DNA from: a virus
Lineage: Duplodnaviria > Caudoviricetes
Length of the DNA: 56,665 nt
Strand: one strand, 5' to 3'
Virus record (IMG/VR): IMGVR_UViG_3300010370_000044
Coordinates: 1-56,665 of that record
Shown here piece by piece: positions 56,087-56,665 of this stretch. Numbering within the stretch: the first letter of the stretch is position 1; the number at the start of each line of letters is the position of its first letter. A model generated the notes under the pieces. The model did no database searches, was not told where the DNA came from, and saw only the letters and a list, made by a program, of their open reading frames with translations. The position numbers and the translations under genes are program-made.

Positions 56087-56665
56087 GGTTCTTAAACAAC
56101 ATCTTAGCCAAGGCTGGTTTGATCGTAGATGGTACAACGCAGTTGAATACAATTGCTAATGCTACCACAGATACAGACAGATTTATCGTTAGTGATTCTG
56201 GAGTAATCAAATATCGCACTGGCGCTCAGATTCTTTCTGACATAAATGGCGTACCATCTAGTCGCCAACTGACCATCAATGGTACATCGTATGATCTATC
56301 TACTGATCGTATCTGGTCTGTTGGAACTGTTACTTCTGTTGGGATTACAATGCCTGCTGCTTTTAATGTAGCAAATAGTCCTGTAACAGGATCTGGTACA
56401 ATCGCCGTAACTGCAGCTGGTTTGGCGTCTCAATATATTAGGGGTGATGGTACTTTGGCTGACTTCCCAGAAAGCGGTAGTGGGGGTGGAGCATCTGTTT
56501 CATATTATTTAAACGGGTCTATTAGTCAGGGAACTTTTGGTGGCAATACTTATTATCAAATGAGTAAGAATGCCATTTTGGGAGTTGGAACTGATTTTAC
56601 TATAAGCACTAATGGATATATTGCACAGTTCATAACTGATGCTGGTAATCCGGGTCTTTTAAATA
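56083..56665 (+). CDS. Tail fibre protein, N-terminal part (runs off window)
   Basis: MRFLNNIL...GTVTSVGITMPAAFNVANSPVTGSGT...QYIRGDGTLA motifs; open to window end. Confidence 0.75.
   Translation, partial: MRFLNNILAKAGLIVDGTTQLNTIANATTDTDRFIVSDSGVIKYRTGAQILSDINGVPSSRQLTINGTSYDLSTDRIWSVGTVTSVGITMPAAFNVANSPVTGSGTIAVTAAGLASQYIRGDGTLADFPESGSGGGASVSYYLNGSISQGTFGGNTYYQMSKNAILGVGTDFTISTNGYIAQFITDAGNPGLLN

Noticed and set aside
1-56665. Stop-codon reassignment as in some crAss-like phages
   Set aside because: Long genes are intact in the standard code, and TAA, TAG and TGA all end genes at sensible boundaries.
1-56665. Diversity-generating retroelement or retron
   Set aside because: No reverse transcriptase motifs and no template/variable repeat pair were seen in the window; the tail fibre C-termini lie outside it.

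Overview
The window is most of the genome of a tailed dsDNA phage, probably podovirus-like and infecting a Bacteroidota host (TAnnTTTG -7 promoters, A-rich leaders without Shine-Dalgarno sequences). The + strand carries a crAss-like virion module: TerL, portal, scaffold, major capsid, ring and muzzle tail proteins, ejection proteins including a ~2840-aa polyvalent protein, a lysis cassette, a GroES-like protein, an HNH nuclease and three glycosyltransferases. The - strand carries replication/recombination genes (Twinkle/T7-gp4-like primase-helicase, Rad52/Sak, YqaJ, resolvase, dNMP kinase), a tyrosine integrase with a probable attP, and many small early genes. A divergent XRE repressor lies on +. 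No DNA or RNA polymerase is visible. The most striking feature is non-coding: the - strand early operon appears punctuated by RNA elements. In order these are a promoter with boxB/boxA-like signals, a ~400-nt ORF-poor structured leader, a canonical hammerhead ribozyme, and seven 41-48-nt anticodon-less tRNA mimics (8-bp acceptor-like stem on a covarying T-arm), each between a stop codon and the next ATG. Two further pseudo-tRNA cloverleaves sit in the same position in the middle region. Also seen: a strongly over-represented strand-biased motif CAGNTCGGGGG, a fixed-spacing promoter class (TCA-N40-TTTGC), a TCTA-N3-TAGA operator, a kissing-loop sRNA candidate and a candidate -1 frameshift in the giant virion gene. 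All family assignments come from motif recognition by eye, not from database searches.
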